NCBI GenBank assembly: GCA_030704615.1
Contig: CM060734.1
Coordinates: forward strand, 28,396,001 to 28,460,000
DNA from: Takakia lepidozioides
Taxonomy: Eukaryota > Plantae > Bryophyta
Direction: 5' to 3'
Length of the DNA: 64,000 bases
Shown: positions 49,121-61,464 of the stretch, piece after piece
Position numbering within the stretch: the stretch's first letter is position 1
How the letters are laid out: the number at the start of each line of letters is the position of its first letter
Made by a program: the position numbers and the translations under genes
The notes under the pieces: model-generated
What the model was told of the DNA's origin: nothing
Databases searched by the model: none
Seen by the model: the letters and a program-made list of their open reading frames with translations, nothing else

Positions 49121-50078
49121 GTAGAGACTAGTGTAGTGCAAAGAGAAGAGGAGATTATTTGTAGGGTAAGTGCCTCACGCAAGGGCTGTCACACGTTTAA
49201 GCCACTGGAACGAGGGCGGAGCATGTGTGACGGCCCGCGCGTGGGGCCTTACCCTGCGTAACGCCCTTTGCTATGTCGCTCTTTGTATTTTGACCAGGGC
49301 TCCCAAGTGTGATCGAGTGAATTGCGATGCATTTCACATCAAGGCCTTTTTGGAATTCCCTAGCTAGGCATTCCCCCTCACGTAAACGTTGCTTGAAAAA
49401 AATCCAGGCACGTGTCCCTTCTTTTAGGCTCCCCCCCCCCTCGGCATCTTCTTTGCAGCTACTTAGTCAAACCCCCCCCCCCTCCTTTGGTTCGTCTGAT
49501 CGCTGGAAAGACGTGAAAATGCCCCCCCCCCCTGCATCTTCTTTGCTTCCAGTTCCTTTGGTTCGTCTGATCTCGGAAAGATGCTGGAAAGACGCGAAAA
49601 TGGGGAATGGTGGCAAGAGTGACCTTACAGGATGGAACGCCACTCCGCAAATTTCGGTTACGTTCCATCGCATTGCATAATGTAACTGCTCCCGGGCCGT
49701 TAGAGCATCACCGGCCCGCCCCGGCAATGGCAAAGGAGCCCCTGGCCCTAGTATCGGCACCCCGGGGCCGTACTTTCGTGGAGAATACAGGCCCTCTAGG
49801 CCCGGCCGGTACCTGCTGGAGCGACTAAAAAACGCGACTGCTGCATTTATGGCGTGAGGGTAAGGCGGCGTCTGTCCAGGTGGTCCCTCCGGAGCAAGGC
49901 CGTCAGCCAAAAAGACGTGCATGGTAGTTTGATGGGGTTGCCGCTGGGAGAGGGGAGTGTTGGAGGCCGCAGGCTGCAGTGTTGTTTGGTGAACCCCCGG
50001 TGGAGATGCTCTTAGGGTTCACAGGTACAAGCCAACCGAAAATACAAAGGATTTTATTCAAGCAACGTTTACGTAGCT

Positions 50079-53000
50079 ATGGCCGCTGAGGAAGGGACCT
50101 CAGAGCAGCCCACGGCTGAGGAAACTGCTCCCCAGCCACTGAAGCGGTCGCCTTCGAGGCCTCTTCTGGATCTCAGCGGGGCTGCCATACAGGGCTCCAC
50201 TGAAGACAGGAATCCAACCATTCTGCTACCTAATCAGAGCGATGACATCTCTCACGTGGCCATTGATTTGGGTGGGTCTTTGATCAAGCTGGTCTACTTT
50301 TCAAGGCATCCCGAGGCTAACCCAACTGGGGCTATATCACCAGGCAAGGTCTCACGTAGATGGGAGCAGAAAAGAGGAGGGTTTCTGGCTGGATTGCGGG
50401 GGATGCGTGGATTTCCGATTCTTGGGGGTCGCCTACATTTTGTGAAATTTGAGACAAGCAAGCTGAATGATTGCCTGGATTTCATTGAATCGAAGCAACT
50501 AGGTGTTTGCAATGCATTCGTTGGGCGTCACATGTCGGATGCAAGCTCGGGGCAAGCTCAGACGAATGGAACCATCAAAGCTACAGGAGGAGGGGCCTTC
50601 AAGTATGCGGACTTGTTCAAGGAAAGGCTGGGGGTCACATTTGACAAGGAGGATGAGATGGATTGTTTAGTTAGCGGGGCAAACTTTCTGTTGCGAGCAA
50701 TTCGTGATGAAGCATTCACTCACATGGAGGGTTACAAGCAATTTGTTCAGATTGATCCGAATGACTTGTTTCCATACCTGTTAGTCAATATAGGCTCAGG
50801 GGTTAGCATGATCAAGGTTGAGGGGGATGGCCAGTTCCAAAGGGTCAGTGGGACAAACGTTGGAGGTGGTACATTCTGGGGTCTAGGTAAGTTGCTCACA
50901 AAGTGCAAGAATTTTGATGAGATTCTCGAATTGAGCCAGGCAGGCGACAACAGTGCTGTTGACATGCTTGTGGGTGATATCTATGGGGGCCTTGACTATT
51001 CCAAAATTGGTCTTTCAGCATCGACGATAGCCTCTAGCTTTGGGAAAGTGATTTCAGAAAACAAGGATCTGTCTGAGTACCGCAGAGAAGATATCGCTCT
51101 CTCTCTCCTGCGTATGATATCTTACAACATCGGGCAGATTGCATATCTGAACGCATTGCGCTATGGATTAAAACGTATTTTTTTTGGTGGGTTCTTCATT
51201 CGTGGCCACGCCTACACAATGGACACAATGTCATTTGCGATTGGGTTCTGGTCGAAAGGTCAAGCACAGGCCATGTTTCTGCGGCATGAGGGATTTCTGG
51301 GTGCTTTAGGGGCATTTTTGAGTTATGACAAACATGGGTTAGCAAATTGGACTCCCCATCAATTCGTTGAAAGGTTTCCAATGGGTGCTCCGTTTTCCGG
51401 GAAAGTCCATGGGCCCCCAATTCGAGATTTAAATGAGAAGATCTCATGGATGGAGAAGTTTGTGATGAAAGGCATTGAGATTACCGCCCCTGTACCGACA
51501 GCCGTTCCAGGAACCACAGGGCTGGGGGGTTTTGAGCGACCGTATGCACGGGCCGGTTCTTTGCGCTCGGATTCAAGTGCTGCTCTGAACGTAGGGGTTC
51601 TCCACCTCGTACCTTCTCTAGAGCCTTTCCCTCTTTTGGCAGATCCAAAAGGGTATGAGCCCAACACTGTTGATCTGAGTGACCAGGGTGAACGGGAGTA
51701 TTGGCTCACAATCCTTGCTGAACACCTTCCAGATTTGGTGGAGAAAGCCGTAGCAAGTGACGGAGGTACAGAGGATGCAAAGAGGAGGGGGGATGCATTT
51801 GCTCAGGCATTTAGGGCTCACTTGGCCAGATTGCGGGAGGAGCCGGCAGCCTATGGAAAGCTTGGGCTGGCCAATTTGTTGGAGATGAGAGAAGAATGTT
51901 TGCGTGAATTTCATTTCATGGATGCATATCTGGGCATCAAACAACGCGAGAATGAAGCCTCCCTAGCTGTGCTACCGGACTTGATGGCAGAGCTTGACAG
52001 CATGGAGGCTGAAGCAAGGATATTGGCACTGATTGAGGGTGTTTTGGCAGCCAATATATTTGATTGGGGTTCCAGGGCATGTGTTGAGCTTTATCACAGT
52101 GGAACGATCATTGAAATCTACCGAATGAGTCGCAACAAGATGAAGCGTCCATGGAGATTTGACAATTTTGATGCTTTTCAGGAAAGATGGATAGGGAGTG
52201 AAGGAGTGCAAGGTACACCTCACAAGCAAGCCTTGTTGTTTGTGGACAACTCAGGGGCTGACGTTGTGCTGGGTATGTTGCCTTTGGCTCGTGAGCTCTT
52301 GAGGCGTGGTACTGAGGTTGTGCTGGTTGCAAATTCCCTTCCCGCACTCAATGATGTAACAGCACTGGAATTACCTGCTTTAGTGGCTGCCGCTGCCAAG
52401 CATTGTGATATTCTGCGAAGAGCAGCCACAGCTGGAGGGCTGCTTGTGGATGCTGTGGACGATGGTAAGCCTTACTGCACCTATGGATTGATGTTAAAGG
52501 TGATGTTTATTTTCCAGCAGAAGTTTTATTGTGGAAGCAGTAGAGAAACTTTCAGCAAACAGTTTTTCTTGGGCGTAGTGCTCCTCAGGTGTGATTCTGG
52601 ATACACCTAAACCACTGAGGCTTGCTTGTACAGGAGTAATGATTGTTGTCAGAAGCAATGGGATGATCCCTGCTGCTCTGTGTCTTGTTGAGTACTCTTA
52701 TGCAATCACCTGTGTGCAAGTGTGCTTCGGTTTTTGGGCCTCAGAGGGATGCCCTTCCTTATTTGATGGATGCCTTCCCAGAACCGCTTTCTTTGTGTAA
52801 TTGATCAAGAAAGATGTGGGTGTCACAGAAGGAGAATCTCCTGCAGTGCCTGTGTTGACAGTGGTTGAAAATGGGTGTGGGAGCCCCTGCATTGATTTTC
52901 GTCAAGTCAGCTCCGAACTTGCAGCAATCGCACAAGATGCTGACCTGGTTGTGTTGGAAGGCATGGGTCGTGCACTACATACAAATTATAATGCAAAGTT

Positions 53001-53118
53001 CAAGTGTGAGGTTCTAAAGCTTGCCATGGTCAAGAACCAGCGCCTAGCTGAGCAATTAGTGAATGGCTCCATTTACGATTGCATCTGTAGGTATGAGCCA
53101 GCAGCATCTCCTGCTTAA
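50079..53118 (+). CDS. PANK2: Pantothenate kinase 2 (type II PanK fused to DUF89/ARMT1-like phosphatase); exons 50079-52464 and 52814 or 52829 to 53118
   Basis: AIDLGGSLIKLVY, ATGGGAFK, YLLVNIGSGVS, GTNVGGGTFWGL, HEGFLGALGA; DUF89 motifs ANIFDWGS, VDNSGADVVLG, EGMGRALHTN; GTAAGC donor at 52465 with two phase-compatible acceptors. Confidence 0.95.
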
Positions 53119-54543
53119 TTTTTTAGAAGGCTGATAAAGATTTGGGTTTGAGTACAGCTGAGTCATTGACCTGCATGAATTGAAGATGGTTGGATCTGAC
53201 TGGGATGCTATACAGATCCATCCCAGCAATTGAAAGCCCATGATAGCCATGCATCTCACTGATGAGACCAGGTTTGAGGCCAACAGCCTACCACTCCCTC
53301 ACCATTTTCAGAGCTGCCAATGCATATGGGAGTAGTCAAGACATGAATCCGCTTGTAAAACTAGTATTGGAGTCCTGAGAGTGGCAAGGTGATTAGCTGC
53401 TGATAACGCACTGATGAGCCATATTGTGGGCATCAAGTTTATGCCAGCGATGAGTAACTGAATGTTGGCAGACCTGGAGACATTTCTTCAGAGCTTGCTT
53501 TGGAACTGCGGAATGGTGTACATTACCAGAGCACTGCCCTGAAATGTCCTCGAAGTCAAATGGTGGTGCTAAACCTTAAACCCTGGCCTACACGGGTACA
53601 ACGAAGAAATTACTGTGTGAGGAGGTTTTTGCATGTCGCGTTTTGGCAGTGAATAGATTCTAGAGTTACGGAGAATTGCTTGTTGTCTTCTAGAATAGTG
53701 CTGGCAGTGTGGAATCATGGTGCTTATAGCAGTTAACTGCACTAGTGATGCCAATTGAATAGTCCATGCATGTTTTTATTTGTCACAGCCATCAAGTGCA
53801 GAGACCTCAAGATATTTGATCAAGATTGATAGGCACTGACAGGGCTCTGTTTTCCCTCAAGTGACCAAGATTCTTCCTGTTGCTATTCCTCTTTTCTTCT
53901 CTTTTCGTCCTAGGGGATGGAACCAGGTGCTGAAATGTGTGTGCCACTGCACTTCAAGGTCAGCATGATATGGATTTGAACCTTTACAAATTTCTCATGA
54001 TTTCACTGGGCAATGAAATTATACAATATCTCCCCTAACTTTTTTCACATGTTCAGTGCCAATCCTGCCTTCCCCAATAATATCAATTGGTCTTTGTAAT
54101 TGGGGGACTCACTTGGATGTGCAATAATTTGGTAAACATATGGAGTCTCTCTCGTAAGTATACAATGAGGCATGTGAGGACAAGGAGCGGCCTATAGGAT
54201 GGTTGACCACAGAATTGAGTTCATCCAACCTTGTGACCAAACCGCAGTTCTTAGGAAGATCAAGAAAGGTGGTTGTAGCAGATGGTTAATCAGGATGACA
54301 GACTTATAGAGACTGGGATCATTTTCTCAGGATTTTAGCATGATGAACTGGTCCGCCACTGCTCCACTTGCTAACAAAATGAACTGCAAACACAAGGCAG
54401 TTGTTTAGAACTTTTTGTGGGATTTAGGAGGACCACAGGTGAGTATGTGTGTACCATGATAGCATACAGATCAAAGGACCCCATTCTGTATAGGAAATAC
54501 CTACCTTAAATGTGAGCTGTGTCTTGCTTGCTTGGATTTTGGT

Positions 54544-55870
54544 CTATGGCAATCTTTTCACCCTTGTCACGAATCACCAACCATTGAAGTGGTTGATGGA
54601 GTCAGCTAGACACTCTTCTTCATATGAGCTATACTTTGCCTCAACATCATTGTTCAAGCGGCTAGCATATGCCACTACGAACTCTCTTCCCTCATCATCC
54701 ACCTGTGTGAGCACTGCTCCAATCCCCAACATACTCCAATCCGTGTGTAGCTGGAAATGCTGTCCCCGAATAGGCCGCCTCAGAATAGGCGCAGAAGTCA
54801 ATCGAGCCTTGAATTCCTCAAAGGGTTCCTCCTGCTCCTCCTCCTACTGCCACTCCTGACCCATCTTGGTCAACTTGGTAAGAGCCTTCGCAATGCTGCT
54901 AAACCCCTTGACAAACCGACGATAGTAGTTTGCCAACCCCATGAAAGTACGAACTCTGCTTACATCTATAGGGCGTGGAATGCGTGCAATGGCCTCCACC
55001 CTTGTCTGTTGAACACCCAATCCTCCAGGGTATATCATGTGGCCCAGATACTCAATCTGATCGTGGAAGAACTTGCACTTTCCAGGGTGCAGTTTCAATT
55101 CATGCGCCCTCAAGCGCTTAAACACCACCTGAAGGTGTCTCTCACGCTCCTCAACCGTGGCACTAAAGATGATGATGTCATCAATGTAGCACCGGGCAAA
55201 GTCTAGCCCTGCAAGAATCCTATTCATGACCCTCTGAAACTCTACATGAGCATTCTTCAACCCAAATGGTAGGAAGCGCCATTGGTACAAGCAATCCTTC
55301 CTATGCTGGTCAATCCCCCAGAATGCCGTCTTTTGCTTGTCACCCTCTTTGATTGACAACTGGTGATAACCCGATCATAAGTCCAATGTGCTAAACACCT
55401 TCGCATGCCCAATGGCATCAAAGATTTCCTCTGGAGTTGACATGACATATCTATCGGACTGAGTCTGACAGTTCACAAGACGATAGTCCCCACACATCCT
55501 TCTTTCTGTCCAATTGCCACATATATCCTTCTTAACTGACATCACCGTTGCCGAGGCATACTCCCCGCCTGACAAGTCCATCAATCTAGCTTCGAACAAC
55601 TCCATAGTCCGTGACTGGATCAAAGACGTCTCCATGTCACTATACCTGTAGGGCCTTCGAAAAATTGGCATATCACTTGCCAAATCAATACGAATCTCTT
55701 GACCCTTCAAACTCCCCAAATCCTTTAAACCGAAAGCAAAACAATTTCTCTTATAAATCGTCGGATCCTCCATCTCTCTCATCCGATGATTGTAGGTCCA
55801 ACATCTGGTTCCAATTGTCATCAATGACTACAATCTTGGATACACCAGGCTTGGAAGTAGGAGATGCATC
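54544..55870 (-). mobile_element. RT-RNase H fragment of the DNMT-gypsy family, with terminal 60 bp inverted
   Basis: ORFs 55375..55824, 54844..55359, 54574..54801 match copy 2; YGNLFTLVTNHQPLKWLMES lies on + at 54544-54604. Confidence 0.88.
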
Positions 55871-56092
55871 TTTTATTTGGTGCTAGATTGTAGGCTGTGG
55901 TCAAGGTGTCTCTCAGCGTAAAAAGGGAGGGCGGAGCTCCGCTCTCCCGCCGCCACCCTTAGCTAAATCCTGTAGTCATGGCTGTTCTTAGCGGCCTGCC
56001 ATCTTCTTGATTTTGTCGTCTCTTTTCTTTCAAATTTTTAGCAGTACCGCCGTTTTAACCATCTCTCTCTCTTCCTAGCTACGGTAGCCGCC

Positions 56093-58812
56093 ATGGCGCG
56101 AGCTCCTCCTCATCGCGCTGCTGCGCAGCTGTATTGCTGCTCCACTCCCCTCTTTCAGCTCAGCAAGATCAACCTACCTCCAAGGTTTCTGCTAAACTAT
56201 CTTTACATAGTTTTCTCATTTTGTTTTCTTAGCTTCCTACTTTCAGTGGCTGCTCACAACAAGGTACCCACCCGTCTGCATACTCAAGCGAGGTCCCTGG
56301 AGCTCGCACAGGGCAACATCTCATCCCGGCAACGCATGGCTGGCCTGTGGAGTAGCGATCAACCGACTCCACTATGCAGCGATTTCAGGTCCAAGACGCT
56401 CCACTGCAGGCACCCTGTTTCCAACAGCGTTTCTCCCGGTCCAACCACCCCCCGTGCTGCTGCCTATGTCTACAGTGAGTCACCGAGGTTGGAGGCATTT
56501 GCACAGTACACCGACACCATTGGTGCCACCAACACCGGAACTTATATCGACTTACGTCCCCCCAGCTTGCTCGTGCAAGATGCCTACTGGCGGTCTAACC
56601 CTTGCGAGACTGCGCTACTTTTCTCTGCTACTCATGATTCTATCGAGCACTATACAGGAAGGCCAACTGTGAAATTTGACCTCACCAACCGGCGGTTTGC
56701 GAACGAACCTTTCTACCTCAAGCGATAGGAAGCTGAGGGCGTTCCTTGGTGGTCTATGGAATCGCCATCGACGGTGGGAAATCCAACTCTATTGCTGCTG
56801 CGTTCTGAGGCCCATATGCTTACGTCTGTTGGGGACTACACACAGTCCACAGACAGGTGCTTCCTTGACTCTCTAGTGGTGAAGTGTGACCGGTGTCATA
56901 AGATTCATGTGCGCGCCCCGACAACTACAAGACTGCTTATGGGCTTGACCCTCAAACATCAGGGGCCACTGTCTCTCTCCTTGCATGTCACTACATTGAA
57001 GCGCATCTACTGCTCCGCCGCTCTGCGACGGCCCCAGACGTCGAGCCACCTATCACTACAAACGTCTGCTCAGCAGGTATGCAACAATATCTTGCATCTG
57101 GGTATGGACTGATAAGTTTTTCAGACATGCCCAGCATGGGCCTGGCAAAGAGTCCCCCCGCCTCTCTGAGTGCAGATGCGTCACAAAGGGATGAATCCAG
57201 ACGCAATCACCCTTGATGGCTTTCTTTCTGCCTGGCTGCATGAAATCAACAGTTCATTGAACCTCTTCAACTGCACAGATCCCCAATGGGTGGAATACTG
57301 TCAACTGCTCCACCACCGTTCTATGTACAGCACCCATCCTCTGCAGCTGAGTGACTTTGTCTCGGCAGGTACTGCGAACAGGCCGGTGGTACTCTGCATT
57401 CAGAACATGACTCCCACCCGGGACCATTGCATTTTTTGGGAATGTGAGCACACTACCCATGATCGGCCTGACTGCCTACTGGCCGAACACCACTCTCAGT
57501 TTGTACAGCAGACTGTTAAAGATGCTCATATGGTGGTGGTAGCCGGAGGAGCCTGCTGGAATGCTTTGATTTTCAGAAGTGAGGGCAAGCTTTTCTGGGA
57601 AGATGTTAAGCTTAAGTATGTACCGAAGAGTATTGTGGGGGACAATGATGTGAAGAGCACAAAGCACACTTTGAAGGAGATGATCATGGACCACTCTTGC
57701 CAGGAGCGGGAGTTTGAGTATCCTTGCCAGAGCTACATACAATCAATTACCTGTTGTGAGCCTGAGTTCTATGTCGCTAGAAGTCACAAACGGGTGCTTC
57801 CTATGATGCCTGCTGCACACAGAACCAGTGGCGTGTGGAATAGTGTTGTGCCAAAGAGGGAGTCACTGTCTATCACTACTGGCACTGGCATAAGAGTTCA
57901 AATCAAGGACGTGACCGCTATTCCGATAATAGATAGTGGAGTGGGGGGGCTCTGTTGTGAAGGACTGATGGCACGCTATGGCCAGAATGTGCTTGTTTCA
58001 GAGTTGCATGATCTTCTGGCCCCTGGTTTCTCGCAAATGAGTCTCGATTTGGTGGGCGTTTTCATTGAAACAAACATGGGGGGTACGCTCCGCTTACTTG
58101 GTTGTACCCTGTTCCCAGCGAAAGAAGCCGTTATTTGACTTCTGATTACAATGTCATGGTGCTGCTACAGTATCCTCACAGGCAATCTCCCGCCACCCGG
58201 GCCAGCCACGGCCAAATCTCCAGCACTGCTGCCTCCGGCGCTCTCCAGAGCAAGCTCGGGATACTCCGGAAACTCCCGTTTCACTGCAACGGCTCTGCGG
58301 TCCCCCCTCTTTGTACATCTCTCGCTACTCTGAGCTCACTGCATCTTCTCTATGTGCCTGGGAAAACACTGCTGCAGAACACCAGACACTCCAGTCATCT
58401 TTCAGATCAGGCTATGGTGGCCCAAGCTCAGCTGCAAAGAGACAGAGGAAAGGCAGAAAACATGAGCACTCCGAATGCATATGCTGGTCCTGCAGCCCTA
58501 GAACATGGCAAACAGATCCATGCTGGCACCATCAGAACTGGATTAGATTCAGATGTTCGAGTGGGGGCTGCCCATGCTAGGGGGTTACAGTGGCCTGCCA
58601 ACATAAAACACCGCAAGCCTGCTCGGAGGCTTTACACTGCGCGAACACCCAGCAACAACCACTTGCACCATCCTGGAGACAGGCAAGCTGCCAAGCGGCT
58701 GGAGTCACCTATAATCACGATCTGCTGGCCTGGCCTGATACCCGTAGCGGAAGCCATGTCTCACCCAGCCCCATCAAATTATGCATGGAAGCTTCGAGAG
58801 ATGACATCCTAG
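56093..58812 (+). other. Chain of orphan ORFs with PLS-type PPR remnants
   Basis: QMRHKGMNPDAIT (about 57170-57215) and AALEHGKQIHAGTIRTGLDSDVRVGAA (about 58490-58572) resemble PPR motifs; intervening 211-aa and 322-aa ORFs unrecognised. Confidence 0.4.
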
Positions 58813-58949
58813 GGCCATCGCATTGCCAGAGGCGCTGCCCCCACCGCTGGTCTCAATCACACCAAGGCCCCCTCACGCTCAGGGAAATCACTTGCCCTCC
58901 TCCTCACTCTTGGTTGTCTCCCTCCTTTTTCTTGACAAGCAGTTACCAT

Positions 58950-60900
58950 ACCATTTGCACCTTATATTTACCACTCTCTGCTGCCTCAATGTTGTGCTGC
59001 AGATGGCATTCCGAATTCAAGACATGCAAATTGGTCCAACAACTCCTCCCACGCTCAACCCTACGACATCCTGGTGATCAAATCCAACACAAGGTGCAAT
59101 CTGGGTTAAGCAAGTCACCACCCTTGTTCTTACCACCCACGTACCCAGGTACACGGCCCCCTCATCTCCATCCCCTGGCACCCAATCTCCATCAAGGTAA
59201 CCACCTCAATGTCTATCCTTTCCAAATATTTGAAGTGTTCATATTGCCCCCATGTATATCACAGGCTCTCTCTCCAAATGGTTCCTCGACTCTCTCCGAA
59301 TCGGCTCACTTCTCCCTTGTTACAACGATCTCTCCTACATTCCCGCCTCTCTTTTCCATAGCTATACCAGAACTCCGAATCATACACTCTGCATGTGTCC
59401 TTCCTCTCCAATAAATGATAAGGACTTATTCCATCATGCCACTCCTATTTCCCTGCTGTTTCCTCACCATCACTCTAATCCTCACCTGTTTCTTCCAGGT
59501 TCAATCTCAAGACAGGGCTATGCAGCATCCTCGATTCACTATCCCCAAGCTACTTGGGCATATGTACTCACTCCATGTCAAACTCCGTCCCACCAATGCT
59601 ACTCTATATACATGATTTTACTCCAAAAATTTTACTCCATAAATTTTACTCCATGTTATCACTCCATGACTTTCCAAAAACACTTCACTATCATCAGGAT
59701 GTTCACCAGGCATATTTCATCCATCTACAATTCGTCATCTCACTCTCAACGTCTTTTCTCCACCTTCTACTCGTCCTGATCTTCCCGGCGTCTATCACCC
59801 ATCTGCTATTCATCACACTGCACAGCTTCCATCTCACGATATATATGTAAAAACAGCATCTATGATCATGCGCCCTGTACATTCCTCCCCTAAACTTCCA
59901 CGCAACAAACCGCTTTTGCATTCCACTCCCTACGTTTTACGTACCCTCTGCTTATCATCTCATATATGGAACTCCGCCACGACTTCTGCCAACACTCTTC
60001 CAACCCTCACCACAAACTACCCCAAAGGAAACGGTGCACACCACACAACCCCCCCCTCCATTCGATGCACTTCCTTCCCAACCACCAGACCACACAAGAA
60101 ATCCCCTTTAGAGTATGTGCGTTCACAATCAACACCCTTAATAAGATACTCTGCTCGCGGCAATCGTGCTCGCTGCAATCGTCCTGTTTACTCACAAACA
60201 TACTGTCTGGTCGCAGCCTAGGCTGCAACCCACAACCAATCTCAAGATATCCCTACAAGGCCAGCCTCTACACGGTACAATCTTCGTATCAGACTGGGCT
60301 ACCATACGTCACCTCTGCCACACTATACAGTCATACACCCGAAGCCACAGGCGGGCCTTTTTGCTCCATGCCCCTGCTTCACTTAATCAAACCCTCTAAC
60401 AAGTGTCAGGGCCGTCATGCATACTCCCCACTTCCCTTAATGTTCACTTATAGCGCAGCTCTAGTCAACCCCTCATCCACCAGGCTGACAGGCTACACAA
60501 TTCGACCAGTCTCCCTGTCAACATGCACCATTCTATCTTGTACAGCATGGACAATCCCCCAACCCGTGGGCTGCTCCATAGCAGCCTGCAGCCCGTTCTC
60601 ACGCGGACTCCTGCGCATCTGGCATGGAATGCCCCAGCAACCCAAACCCAACACGGTATCGATCGCCTCACCAAACATCCCAAATACACAACATGGTGCC
60701 CCTTCCAGCCACACATCATAGAAAGTTAACCACACCCCACAATACCTCCAAACCCCTAGCACCCCCTACAAACAACCATTACTATCCTGACCACTCTTCA
60801 CGGTTCTCCACCCCAGCACATAACCATCATATCTGTCCACACATCATTACAACAGCCACCTTGCAGTCCCAGCCCCACCGCACCATAATGCACAGCTTAA
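58950..60900 (+). mobile_element. Highly decayed LINE (L1-like) RT and 3' region
   Basis: NLHQGNHLNVYPF resembles GLRQGDPLSPYLF; SYLGI near 59548 resembles KYLG; C/A-rich strand bias. Boundaries approximate. Confidence 0.45.
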
Positions 60901-60942
60901 ATCCTCGTTAAAGCTTCGTCTCTTAACTTTTATAAGCTGGCA

Positions 60943-61121
60943 GACAACCAGCATGTAGCCTAGTGGTAATGGGCACATACCACGTTGGATGTGGTTGTGG
61001 GTTCAAACCACGGTCTGGTGTGTCATAAAGGTGTCCACCTTCCTAGCGGAAGGCAGTAGCCCTTGGGGTGAAGTGACTCCATAAGTTACGCTTCCTTCAG
61101 GAGGCGTCATACTTTTTTTTT
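60943..61121 (+). mobile_element. tRNA-derived SINE, copy 4
   Basis: Full-length match to copy 1, oligo-T tail, TSD AAGCTGGCA (60934-60942 / 61124-61132). Confidence 0.9.
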
Positions 61122-61464
61122 ACAAGCTGGCACACATACCTCCGTCCCCACCCGACCACTCATGGGCTGAATTCACCCAACTACAGCAATTCCAATAGAT
61201 CCCCGCTGACCACCACCACTCTAGGCAAGGGGGACTTAACTACTCTTCACTCAGCCTACTGGATGGTTTTTACCTTAAAACACAGAACGCAATACCTCAA
61301 TATCTAAACAGGCATATCCACATCAATAGCTCTGCAACATTGTCTCCGGAAGACACATGGCTCCAGGCCGAACTCACGCTCACAACCATTATGACTGAAA
61401 TGACCAAAAGCGTCCTTGCCACATGCTGCTCCCCAGACGTCCCACAAACCACCCGCTCCACACC

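Noticed and set aside
52465-52610. C-terminus of the 843-aa ORF as the real PANK2 end
   Set aside because: Read-through into an intron; conserved C-terminal motifs are in 52814-53118.
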